NCBI GenBank assembly: GCA_977017645.1
Contig: OZ360232.1
Span: forward strand, 20,832,001-20,896,000
Reading direction: 5' to 3'
DNA length: 64,000 nt
Source of the DNA: Torpedo marmorata
Lineage: Eukaryota
The notes under the pieces were generated by a model. The model did not search any database. It was not told the DNA's origin and saw only the letters and a list, made by a program, of their open reading frames with translations. Both the position numbers and the translations under genes were made by a program. Below, piece by piece: positions 12,965 to 24,615 of the stretch; the stretch's first letter is position 1; each line of letters opens with the position of its first letter.

Positions 12965-13183
12965 CAGTAAAACCACTGTTATCCAGAATTCAAGCAACCG
13001 GCAGCCTCAAGCAACCAGCAAAAAAATTGCAGAAAATAAATAGGTAAAAAATACGGAAGTTTAAAATGCCGTGCCTTGCCGTTAGTTTGCCAATCACGCA
13101 GCATGCAATCTCAAGCAACTGGAAAATTCACTTATCAGGCATCTACCAATCCCCATAGGTGCCGGATACCAGGTGTTTTACTG
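12965..13183. mobile_element. MITE, Tc1/mariner-pogo (Tigger-like)
   Basis: Imperfect TIRs cagtaaaaccactgttatcc / ggataccaggtgttttactg, flanked by tg/ta (degenerate TA TSD); 219 bp, non-coding. Confidence 0.8.
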
Positions 13184-13279
13184 TATTTCAAACCAGCTTC
13201 AAACCGCATTTGATAGTTTTGTTATTTGCTTTGATTCTCGTAACTGGCATATAACCAGATTAATGCCAAAGCAAAATTT

Positions 13280-13560
13280 ACTATTAAGCATGAAACACTC
13301 TACTGGAACTCAGTGTGCATCTGTGGAGGCAAAGGGATTGTTGATATTTTTGGTCAAGTCCCTTGAATAAGGACTGAGAGTGTTGATGGAAGGTAGCCAG
13401 AATAAGGAGGTGAGAGGAAGATGTGAGACAGGTAATATGTGGAACCAAGTGAGATGGGGATGATGGGCAGATGGAGCCAGTTGGGAGAGGCGGAAGGGTA
13501 AGGGTTGATGGTGAGAGATGATGGCTGAAAATGATAAATGAATCGGTTAAGGAAAACAGG
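13280..13560 (-). mobile_element. Penelope-like element, left segment (split by CR1)
   Basis: gcatctgtggaggcaaaggga..cccttgaataaggactga followed by a purine-rich tract that resumes at about 18571. Confidence 0.55.
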
Positions 13561-14418
13561 ACCATATAACAATTACAGCACAGAAACAGGCAAGTTCGGC
13601 CCTTCTAGTCCATGCCAAACACCTTCTCCCACCTTGTCCCACTGAGCCGCACCCGGCCCATAACCCTCCACACCTCTCTCATCCATATACCTATCCAATT
13701 TTTCCTTAAACATTAAAATTGAACCTGCATCTACCACTTCGGTCGGAAGCTCGTTCCACACTCCCACCACCCTCTGAGTGAAGAAATTCCCCCTCATGTT
13801 TCCTCTAAACTTTTACCCCTTCAATCTCAATCCATGCCCTCTTGTTTGAATCTTACCCACTCTCAATGGAAAAAGCCTGTCCACATTGAGTCTATCTGTC
13901 CCCTTCATAATTTTAAATACCTCTAACAAATCACCCCTCAATCTTCTACACTTCAGGGAATAAAGTCCCAGCCTGCTCAACCTTTCCCTGTAACTCAAAC
14001 CCAGAAACCCTGGCAACATTCTTGTAAATCTCCTCTGCACTCTCTCTATTCTGTTTATATCCTTCCTATAATTAGGCGACCAAAACTGCACACAATATTC
14101 CAAATTTGGCCTCACCAATGCCTTATACAACTTCAACATGACATCACAACTCCTGTATTCAATACTCTGATTTATGAAGGCCAACATACCAAATGCTTTC
14201 TTCACCACACTATCTACGTGTGACTCAACTTTCAGGGAATTATGTACCAGAATTCCTAAATCCCTTTGTTCTACTGCACTCCTCAATTGTCTTCCATTTA
14301 ACATGTATGACCTTTGCTGATTAGTCCTACCAAAATGTAGCACCTCACATTTATCAGTATTAAACTCCATCTGCCATGTTTCAGCCCACTCTTCTAACTG
14401 TCCTATATCCCCCTGCAA

Positions 14419-15178
14419 CCAACCAACCACCCAGTCGACTGCCGTCAGTTCCGCACGGGCTTTCAACGGTCCGTTAAAGGAGCCGACAGTGGTTTTATTT
14501 GAGATCCGACGACCGCGGGGTCTGCGCCCAAGATTGCAGCGCCTTTTAATCGGCAGCAGCCACAAGGGGCTGCAGACTCCAGAGAAGCGGGGTCTGGAGC
14601 AGGGCACCAGAGAATGGGAAGATCACCCCCCGTCTGAGAAGGAGAAGCGGAGGAGATGACCCATGGGACGGTGACAACGGCGGCGGACCGGTGAGGGGCT
14701 CTGAGGCTGAAGGACCAGTGCATGCGGCGGGCTGCTGGCAACTCGAGGCGAGGAACCCGCGGAGGCTGTGGGCTGCTGGAGACTGCGGTCGGGGACTCAC
14801 GCCGGGCTGCGGACTGCTGGAGGCTGGCTTGAACTGGCTGGAGGAGTACCAGGTATCGGACTCGGGATGCGAGGGGGTGCCGAGGGCGACCTGACCGTGT
14901 TGGAGGTTCGGGTATGGAGCTCGGGATGCCGATCGTTTGGACTGGAATCTGTGTGGCTGCGGAGGCTGCGGAAGTGCTGGAGGCGAATCTATGGACACTC
15001 GGTGACTCTGGGGGGACTCTCTTTTGCTTCTCTTTCTCTGACTGTAAGGAATGTTAGAGGCGCTTAGGCAATTTCTGCCGGTGGCGAATCTGTCTGCCTT
15101 GCAGCAGGCAAAAAGAAATTTCATGGAATATGACACTGTCTTATTACTATGACAATAAATTGAATCTTGAATCTTGAA
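14419..15178 (+). mobile_element. GC-rich non-autonomous retroposon, copy 1 (Rex1-like tail), inserted in CR1 RT
   Basis: Removing it restores the CR1 reading GYQILQGDI. Ends gacaataaa(ttgaatc)n. Colinear with 19838-20600. Confidence 0.85.
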
Positions 15179-17019
15179 GATTTGATAACCCTCTTCACTG
15201 TCCACAACACCACCAATCTTCGTATCATCTGCATACTTACTAATCCAATTTACCACCCTATCATCTAGATCATTAATATATATGACAAACAAAAATGGAC
15301 CCAGTACCGATCCCTGAGGCACTCCACTAGTCACCGGCCTCCAATTTGACAAACAATTTTCCACCACTACTCTCTGGCATCTCCTATCCAACCATTGTTG
15401 AATCCATTTCACTACTTCGCCATTAATACCTAATGCTTGAACCTTCCTAACGAGCCTCTTATGTGGAACCTTGTCAAATGCCTTACTAAAGTCCATAAAG
15501 ACAACATCCACAGCCTTCCCCTCGTCATCCTTCTTAGTAACCTCCTCGAAAAACTCTATAAGATTTGTTAAACATGATCTACCACGTACAAAACTGTGTT
15601 GACTACTCCTAATCAATGCTTGTCTTTCCAAGTAACTGTATACACCATCGCTAAGAACACTCTCCATTAATTTACCCACCACCGATGTCAGACTCACAGG
15701 CCTATAATTTCCAGGTTTACTTTTGGAGCCTTTTTTAAACAGCGGGACAACATGAGCTACCCTCCAATCCTCCGGCACCTCCCCTGTGGCCAGTGACATT
15801 TTAAATATTTCTGTCAGAGCCCCCACTATTTGTACACTAACCTCCCTCAGGGTCCTCGGGAATATCCTGTCAGGACCTGGAGACTTATCCACCTTTATTC
15901 TCTTTAAAATAGCCAATACTACCTCCTCATTAATCTTTATATTATCCATGACCTCACTACCGGATTTCCTTACTTCACCTGGCTCAATATTCTTTTTCTT
16001 GGTGAATACTGAAGAAAAAAAATCATTTAAATTTTCCCCCTTCTCTTCTGACTTCTCACATAGCCTACCCATCTGATCCTCAATGGTCCCAATTTTATCC
16101 CTCACTATTCGTTTACTTTTAATGTACCTGCAGAAACCCTTTTGATTTATTTTTACCTTGCCTGTCAAAGCAGCCTCATATCTCCTCTTAGCCTTTCTAA
16201 TTTCTTTCTTAAGATTTGTTTTACACTCCTTATATTCCTCAAGGCCCTCATCTATTCCCTGCTGTCTATACCTCTTGTACACATCCCTCTTCCTCCGAAC
16301 CAAATTCCCAATATCCTTTGAAAACCAAGGCTGCCTATATTTTCTAACTCTTCCTTTAATCCTCACAGGGATGAACCGACTCTGTACTCTCAAAATTTCC
16401 CCTTTGAATATCCTCCATTTATCTGTTACATCCTTCCCTGAAAATAAATTATCCCAATCCACACAGTCTAAATCCTTTCTCATCTCCTCGAAATTTTCCT
16501 TATTCCAATCGAGAATCTCAACCTTAGGCCCAGCCCTATCCTTCTCCATTATCAACCTAAAACTAATGGTATTATGATCACAAGACCCAAACCTCTGTCA
16601 CCTGACCTATCTCGTTCCCAAATAGGAGATCCAATACTGCCCCCTCTCTAGTCGGTTCTTTCATGTATTCATTTAGAAAACATTCCTGAACACCTTTTAT
16701 CCCCCCTGTTCTATCACGCCAAAAACAACGGAATCCTCAAATATTTAGCTGCCATTCATGCCCCTCCTCCAACCAAGTTTCACTGATGGCTACAATATCA
16801 TATTTCCATGTGTCAATCCATGCTCTAAGCTCATCCACCTTTCTTACAATGTTTCTTGCATTGAAATATATACACATAAGAGAATTTCCCTCACATACAC
16901 TCCTTTGATTACCCTCTCCTACATTAACTTTAAGATTCTAGTTCCTCTCTTCCTTCAATTCTAGGTGTTCTTCTACCCTAATCTCTGCATTCTCATTCTG
17001 ATTCCCACCCCCCTGCCAA

Positions 17020-17958
17020 ACTAGTTTAAACCCTCCCCAACAGCTCTAGCAAACCTACCCGCCAGGATATTGGTCCCTCTCCAGTTCAAGTGCAGCCCGT
17101 CCCTTTAGTACAGGTCAGACCTTCCCCAGAAGAGATCCCAATGATCCACAAATGTGAACCCCTGCCCCCTGCACCTACTCTTTAGCCACGCATTCATCCT
17201 CCACATCTTCCTATTCCTACCCTCTCTAGCGTGTGGCACAGGCAGCAATCCTGAGATTACCACCCTAGAGGTCCTGCTTTTTAACTTCCTTCCTAACTCC
17301 TTATATTCCTTCTTCAGGACCTCATCCCCACTTCTTTCTATGTCATTGGTCCCCACGTGGACCATGACATCTGGCTGCTTGCCCTCCCCTTCCAGAATGC
17401 TGAGTACTCGATCAGAGACATCCCTGACCCTGGCACCTGGAAGGCCACATACCAACCGGGAGCTCCGATCTTGTCCAGCAAACCTCCTATCTGTTCCTCT
17501 AACCAGCGAGTCCCCAATTACAAGAGCTCTCCTCTTTTCCCCCCTTCCCTTCTGAGCCGAGGGGCCAGCCCCCATGAAAGAGACCTGACCCCCGTGACTT
17601 GTCCCTGGTAGGTCGTCCCCCCAACAGTATCTAAAACAGTATACTTATTATTGAGGGGAATGGCCACAGGGGTTCTCTGCACTGTCTGTCTCCCCCCCTT
17701 CCCTTTCCTCACAGTCACCCAGTTAGCTGACTCCTGTCTATCTGGGGTGACTTCCTCCCTGAAACTCCTATCTATGACTTCCTCTGCCTCCCTCATGATC
17801 CGAAGTTCATCCAGCTGCAACTCCAGGTCCCTAACGCAGTCTCCCAGGAGTTGCATCTGCATGCACCTTTTGTAGGTGTGGTCATCAGGAACATTTGTGC
17901 TGTCCCTGACCTCCCACATCCTGCATTCGGAGCACATGGCTGCCCCAACTGCCTCCAT
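17020..17958 (-). pseudogene. CR1 ORF1: zinc finger/leucine zipper + SGNH esterase domain, frameshifted
   Basis: CSECRMWE..(Y)KRC..LELQLDELR in one frame, then VIGDSLVRG, LPGARV, HVGTND and FVDHWDLFW in another; frameshift near 17610. Confidence 0.88.
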
Positions 17959-18223
17959 AACCCCCTCTTAACTTCAATTAGATTAATTAGAAATAAACTT
18001 ACCAACCTTACCTCACTGGTAGCACTTCCTCAGCTCGCCTAAGCCTCTCGAGCCAAACCCTCAGTGCTCCACTCCTTCCCTATGCCACACACTCCCTGGG
18101 CTACTCCTCACTGGCCGCTCCCTCAGCTTCCCTCTTCCTGTTATAGGTCACTGCCAATCTAATCAATTACCCAATTTCCCACTCCAACAAATCAACACTT
18201 AACTTAACCCTTTACCCTCTGCA

Positions 18224-18570
18224 CCCTTTTTAAACTACTCACCAACTCCGATCACCACTCGCTCCTCCTACAGCAATTCCTCGATTGACCCAAAGGCCCG
18301 ACTCCCAAAAACGAGCCCTTTTTAAACTACTCACTTACTCCGATCACCACTCGCTCCTCCTACAGCACTCCCTCGATTGACCCAAAGGCCCGAATCCCAA
18401 AAACGAGCCCTTTTTAAACTACTTACCAACTCCGATCACCACTCGCTCCTCCTACAGCCTTTCCTCGATTGAACCAAAGGCCCGACTCCCAAATACGCGC
18501 CCTTTTTAAACTACTCACCAACTCCGATCACCACTTGCTCCTCCTACAGCACTCCCTCGATTGAACCAAG
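18224..18570. repeat. 92-bp tandem monomers in the CR1 5' UTR (about 3.8 units)
   Basis: Units starting ccctttttaaactac at 18224, 18316, 18408 and 18500. Confidence 0.95.
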
Positions 18571-18960
18571 GACGGATCGAGCCAGGTGAGGAAGGGAAAG
18601 GTAGAGACAGAGGCTGGAATGTGATATAAAGTACTAAATAAGGGATGGGTGAGGAGAAGATAGAAGCAGATTGGGGAGGGGATAGTAGAGACAGGCCAAG
18701 GGAGAAGAAACTCAGGTGGATAGGCATGTAGGTTATGAGCAGATGGAATGAGGTGCGGGAGAATGTCAAATCTAAATGAAAGATGGGGGGGGGGGGGTTG
18801 AATAAAGGGAGAGATTATCTAGGTGGACGTTGAACCAGAAAAGGGACAGAAGGATGCAGGTTTCCTGAAATTGGAAAATCTAATGTTCATACCCTTGGGC
18901 TTTTGGCTACCTAAGTAGAATATGAGGTATTATTCTTTTGTATGCAGTATCTTGTGTCTC
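18571..18960 (-). mobile_element. Penelope-like element, right segment with GIY-YIG C-terminal remnant
   Basis: Minus strand of 18860-18940 reads YLIFYLGSQKPKGMNIRFSNFR, matching the Penelope-type E..LIF.LG...P.G.N motif. Confidence 0.7.
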
Positions 18961-19334
18961 CTCTTAACCGTAAGCATCTAGTGTCGAGAGAATGGGCCAC
19001 GTCACAATTTTATGCAACATTAAAACATGTCATCTGTGCATGCGTCAGAAAAACAAAATTGTTGATTTATTTTTTTTAATGTAAATTCCGTGAGAGTGAA
19101 TTTAATTCCGTATCTCAGATTTTTGGGGAGTAATTTGTAAGGGCAAACTTCCATATGGCTGTGAAATGGGGGTTGCCTGTATTTTATTTGTTTGCTAATA
19201 TAATATTAGAGTTGCTCTTTAATTATGATATTGGTGATCTTATTTTATCTTTGTGCAAATACTTGATGTCCCACTGTGGATCAAAGCTAATTAAGTCTTT
19301 TTGAATTGTATTTATTGATGTAGTATGGAGAAAC

Positions 19335-19575
19335 ATGGCAGGCACTTTTCAAGCAGCAAAGACTCCAAACAGTAGTGAAATAACTTGCCATCTTATCTTC
19401 TTTAGGCATTCATGGGTATCAGCCTGGACAACAGGAAAATGGTCTTGCTCTTACTTGAATATTGCAGTGAGATGTTATTTGACCACATGAAAGGGAAGAT
19501 GGGGGTCCAAGTTTAACATCCAAAGAATGTCACCTCTGACAGTGCTGCCTCCCTCAGTACTGGACTGATGTTCCA
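19335..19575 (-). mobile_element. Ancient Deu-domain SINE remnant (SacSINE1/AmnSINE-like)
   Basis: gtttaacatcc..cacctctgacagtgctgcctccctcagtactggactga resembles the recalled Deu-SINE consensus. Highly diverged; strand uncertain. Confidence 0.5.
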
Positions 19576-19837
19576 GTTTACTGTCTGCTCCCTTAGGTGA
19601 CAATATAAGATTTTATTCCATAGAAGAGAACGAGGATAATCCTGGCCAATATCAATCGCTGAAACAACAGCTACATTTGAGTTGGTTTAAAGTTCTTTAG
19701 AATGTCTTGAGATTGTGCAAGGTACTATGAGCTTAGATTTTAGGTTCAAGTTGGCAATGCAACTTTATGTAATGATTTACTGCCTCATTGGCAAATACTT
19801 TCACAGAGCCAAGGCATCTTAAAAAATATATGTTTGT

Positions 19838-20600
19838 GCTGCTGGAGTTGCTGTAATGGCAGCCTGACCGCTGGTGCGGACCCGGGAGAGCGGGAAGCGG
19901 AGACACAGCACAGCTCCGCAGGGCCCTACTGCCTGGTCATGATTCCGACGGCTCCATGCAGGCTTTAAATGGCCTGTTAAAAGAGCCAACAGTTTTTTTT
20001 TTAATCCTGTAACCACGAAGGTCTGTGCCCAAGGTGACAGTGCCTGAGTTTGGCAGCATACCACAATGGGTGGCAGACTCTGGGGGACCAGCAGAAATGG
20101 GGAGAACAGCCCCCCCTCCACCCATTCAGAAGGAGAAGCATGGGAATCAACCCTACAGGACGGTGACCATGGCGGTAGACCAGCGGGGGGCTAAGCCGCT
20201 GAAGGATAACACAGGCTGCTGTGACTGACTTATGGGAACCAGGTTCCAGAAATGGGATTCAAGAGGGTTCTGAGGGCAAGAAGGAGTCCCGAAGGTCCTC
20301 GGACGCTGAAGGCCTCCTGATAGCATCAAAGTTTGGATCTGGCGCTTGTGTTGCCGATTGTTTGAACTGGAGTCTGTGCGGCTGCAGAGGCTGCAGGAGC
20401 ACTGGAGGCGAATCCACGGACACCCCAGTGTCTCTGAAGGGACTCTCTTTTGCTTCTCTTTCTCCTATTGTTAGGGGCACCGGGCAATGCTCATGGTAAC
20501 TCTTTGTTTGCCTTATGGCAGACAAAAGTTGAAGTATATCATGTATATTATGCTTTTAATATATTATTATCTGACAATAAAAGGAATCTTTGAACCTTTA
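19838..20600 (+). mobile_element. GC-rich non-autonomous retroposon, copy 2
   Basis: Shares blocks with copy 1 (gttaaa.gagcc.acagt, ggtctg.gcccaag, gaaggagaagc, ctggaggcgaatc, ggactctcttttgcttctct). Ends gacaataaaaggaatctttgaacc. Confidence 0.8.
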
Positions 20601-21339
20601 ATATAGCTATATAGTTACTGTATACCAAGTGATAATCCCGAAAACCTATTCAAATCAACAACTTGAGCCAGTATCACCAGTCTGTGTTATAAAAGTGGAT
20701 CTTTAACTTTTAAGCTCTATTTAGTAATCACTATGTGGCCAAAACATCTGAAAAAGCTAACCCTCGGTCTATTGTTTATTCACTGCACAGAACAAATGTC
20801 AAAATATACTCAGAACTTAGCTATCATGTAACATTGGTCAGCAGTGCTCATGAGATGAGAATCAGATCCAACGGGACCTCCAGCACATTTTATTTATCTA
20901 AAAGCTTTGAGGAAAATTTAGTTTATATGATGAATAGAGCTCAAGTGCATCCCAATCTGATTTCACTTTCATCCAGTGGGATCTATTACAGACAGTATTT
21001 TAGCTTTCACAGTGAGGTCCAAATAGATAGTTGCATCTCCCTTTGCTGCTAAATCTTTGACAATGTTTAAGCTCATTGATTGTCACTGAAAACACAGCCA
21101 AAAGAAGCAATGTAGTATATAGAAGTAAATCCAGGAACATTGGTGTTATCATTGAAAGCAGTGATTTAAAATGCAAGAGTATAATCTTCTCAGGACCACA
21201 TTGTGAATTGACAGTAATAATGAGTAAAACATTGCTAAACAAATAATCAGAATAAAAATAATGTTTATAATGCACCTTTGTCAGAAATCATTATTTGAAA
21301 TTATTTGAAAATAACATTTGATATAATATGAAATATGTT

Positions 21340-22052
21340 TTTTTTTATATTTTATTTTAAATTTTTTAATTTTTCACAGTAATACAACATACGTATTATA
21401 CATTGTTAATTCTAGTACATAGAAAGACATAATTTGTATTACAGTGTATCTAACCCCTCTCATAACCCACCCTCTATAAAGTTGCCCACCCTCCACCCTT
21501 CCCCTCCCTTAATTCCCTCCCCTTCTAAAAACTAAAAGAAAAAATAGAAAAGAAGGTATTAATATTTCTTATCCAATATAACTGAACGGATCGCTGCTGG
21601 GTCCACGGCTCGACGCGTGGTATTCAACAGTATTTATTCTTTAAGTTTGAGAGAGTCAATAGGGTCCAGGATGTAGAGCAACACATTTAAATATTCATAC
21701 CTAATGATTGGATATATGGACGCCAAATTTGCAAAAATATCCCATATTTGTTTCTCATATTATATGTTATTCTTTCCAAAGGAATACAGCCTTGCATCTC
21801 TGAATTCCATCTATCCATGCTTAAACTTATATCTGATTTCCAGGTTACTGCTATACATTTCCTTGCTACTGCTAAAGCAATTTTTACAAATTTCAATTGA
21901 CATGTAGATAACTTCAACTTTGGTCTAGTTCCTTCCACATTTCCTAATAGAAATAAATCAGGATTCTGTGGAAATGTAACACCTGTAATTTGCTGTAACC
22001 GGTTCCCTAACTATATCCAAAAACCTATAACTTTAGAACATGACCATGTTGT
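21340..22052 (-). mobile_element. 5'-truncated L1 (subfamily C)
   Basis: ORF2 C-terminus IALAVARKCIAVTWKSD, G-rich UTR and poly(A). TSD atatgaaatatgtt at 21326-21339 and 22053-22066. Confidence 0.92.
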
Positions 22053-22071
22053 ATATGAAATATGTTGACTA

Positions 22072-22702
22072 GAAACAGAATTTATTGTCATGAACAAGTC
22101 ACAAAATTCATTGATTTGCGGCAGCATCACAGTGCAAACATTATATAAACTACCTTACAAAACAAATAAAAAATAGTGCAAGAAAAAGAAAAAGTCAAAG
22201 TAAGGCAGTGTCTGTGATTCATTATTCATTCAGGAATCTGATGGCAGAGGGGAAGAAGCTGTCCTTGTGCCGCTGAGTGCTCATCTCAGGTTCCTGTACC
22301 TTTTTCCCGATGGTAGCAGATTGAAGAGGGCATGGCCTTGGTGGTGGGGGTCCTGAGGATAGAGGCTGCTTTCTTAAGACACCGCCTCTTGTAGATGTCC
22401 TCGATGAAGTGAAAACTGGTGCCCATGATGTTGCAGGCCGAGTTACCAACCCTCTGGAGTTTTTTCTTGTCCTGAGTGTTGGCACCTCCATACCAGACAG
22501 TGATGCAACCAGCCAGAATGCTCTCCACAGTAAACCTGAAGAAGTTTTCCAGAGTCTTCGGTGACATACCGAATCTCCTCACAAAGTATAGCCGCTGGTG
22601 AGCATCGATATGGAGGCTCCAGGACAGATCCTCGAAGATGTTGACACATAGGAATTTTAAGTTCTTGACCCTCTCCACTGCTGACCCCTCGATGAGGACT
22701 AG
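22072..22702 (-). mobile_element. Rex1/Babar LINE 3' fragment
   Basis: [32 protein letters not shown] and DSFFPSAIRFLN motifs; gacaataaa tail. Confidence 0.9.
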
Positions 22703-23594
22703 AAGGACTGCCTTCACTAGTCTGGCAGCAACCAGCAGATCTCCTCCTGAAGAGCATTGGATGATGGCTAGCAAATGGTAGCCTTGCTATTGACATTCAC
22801 GTTTTATGAATGAAATAAAACATGTTGAAATACATTGAGGAGTCCAGAACCGACTTGGGTCAGAGGTTTGCATGGTTTATGGAGCCCGTCCTTTCCTCCA
22901 TGAGACAATAGATACCTCATCCTCTAACTCCCCAATAAGAGCATTTAATGTTTAATACCATTAAAGATCTATAAAATATTTGACTTCTATGGAGAAGTTC
23001 AGACTATTGCCATCAGATCTCCAGGTACAACTTTACAAAGAATTTTCCAGGGATCCCTACAGCCGCTTGTTAGTCTTCAAAAGATTGTTAGGTTTGCCGA
23101 GACATTGCACGGAATGCAAGCTTGAATTTCTCTTTTTGTATGTCATCATTCCTGCTCCCCACCTTACCAACGCTGGTTTCCTTATTACCTGTTAGGTAGC
23201 CAGACTACTGGGGTCATAGCAAGCTGGTTCAGTTAAAAGCTGGACCTTCTTGGCTTGAAAACTATTTGTAGTTTCTTGGAACTAGAGGTTAGTAGCCTTC
23301 TGCCAACCATTGCCAATGTGTTCATACAGAAGATAAGCACACAGGAAAGCATGTAGTTGAATTATTTATTTTTCGTGACTTTTGACTGGATCTCCAAATT
23401 TATATTGGAACATACATTTCCTAATGGTTTAATTTTTGTGCGATGGAAAAGAGAACAGTGATATGGTCAGTGATTGAGGAAAGCTGGGGTGTGTGGGATG
23501 GTCGGTGATTTGGGAGATGTATTGACGTCTCCCAGTGCTCATTACCGATTGAATCACGTAAATAATCGGCAAAAGTAGGCTTTCTATATTGCAT

Positions 23595-23765
23595 TAAAAA
23601 TAGAAAATGCTGAAACCTCTCAACAGAAGTGGCAACATCTATGGAAAGAGAAACAGAGTTTATGGTAACTCTGTTTAGCTTTCTATAGATGCTGCCTGAT
23701 CTACTAAATGTTTCAAACATTTTCTGTTTTAGTTTCAGATTTTCAGCATCGGCAGTTTTTTGTTA
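23595..23765. repeat. Imperfect inverted repeat built from Penelope-type termini
   Basis: Centre aaacagagtt-tatggt-aactctgttt (23651-23676). Arms extend to agaaaatgctgaaac / gtttcaaacattttct. Confidence 0.7.
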
Positions 23766-24615
23766 CTTTCTATGAAGTAGGCTCTCATCTTCTGACTACT
23801 TCTCATGACCCTCCTGCACAATCTCTGCTTAGCATGGTACTCAAACAGAGTAGGTAAGGTGTCATCAGCAAACTTCCCATCAGAGCTACGTGTGCACAAA
23901 TTCCAGATCCCATTTTCAATTGCTTGAGGGCCAAAAAAAACACCTAAAATAACTATTAATACATAACTAAATGTATCCCCAAATGTTTTAAGCAAAACAT
24001 TTTTTTTGTATTCTTTCACATATTTTGGCATCTAAACCTCTAGAAGGATCATTTTCTTTTGCTACATGTTAAGGAGGCACCATGTTTCTGTTTGAGATGT
24101 TTCATTAGAGGGGAATTATTTCTTTGCTATGTTCCTTGCTCAACTAAAAAATACCAGAATACATCCTGGGAACCAGAATGTGAGGGCAGAGAATAGAGCA
24201 GAAGGTAGAGAGGATGATGCAATGTGTTGTGGGTTTGTGAGGAAGGACAGGCAGGGGAGGAAGCATAAATGTACTCAGTTGGATGGTTTGAAATGTGTCT
24301 ATTTTAATGCAAGGAGTATTAGGAATAAAGGAGATGAACTTAGAGCATTGATTAGATTGGCTGATGCAGGTACCGGGGTTTAAATGTTTTAAAAGGGATA
24401 GGATGGGGGATAAAAGGTGGGGTGGGGGGGGGGGAGTAGCATTACTGGTCAGGGATAGTATCACAGCTGCAGAAAGGGAGGATGCTGTGGAGGGAGTGTC
24501 GGCTGAGTCGGTGAGGGTGGAAGTCAGAAATAGGAAGGGAGCAATCACTGTATTGGGAGTAGTCTACACACCCCCAAATAGCCCTCAGGACACTGAGGAA
24601 CAGATGAGTAGGCAG

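Larger units (their letters stand above)
13562..18570 (-). mobile_element. Near full-length CR1 LINE (5' UTR monomers, ORF1, ORF2 with endonuclease deletion)
   Basis: 3' tail gtgctgtaattgttatatgg. RT motifs [35 protein letters not shown]1 zinc finger plus esterase. RT interrupted at 14419-15178. Confidence 0.95.

Noticed and set aside
14546-16555. 669-aa ORF that looks like an RT fused to a novel Pro/Ser-rich domain
   Set aside because: It is CR1 RT reading through into the antisense strand of the 14419-15178 insertion; a chance chimera. The same applies to the N-terminus of ORF 13813-14607.
18224-18570. Regularly spaced repeats resembling a CRISPR array
   Set aside because: Whole 92-bp units repeat with no unique spacers, there are no cas genes, and the context is a eukaryotic LINE.
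18965-19181. Possible Tigger-like MITE ending gggggttgcctgta
   Set aside because: Only one plausible TIR was found, so boundaries cannot be supported.
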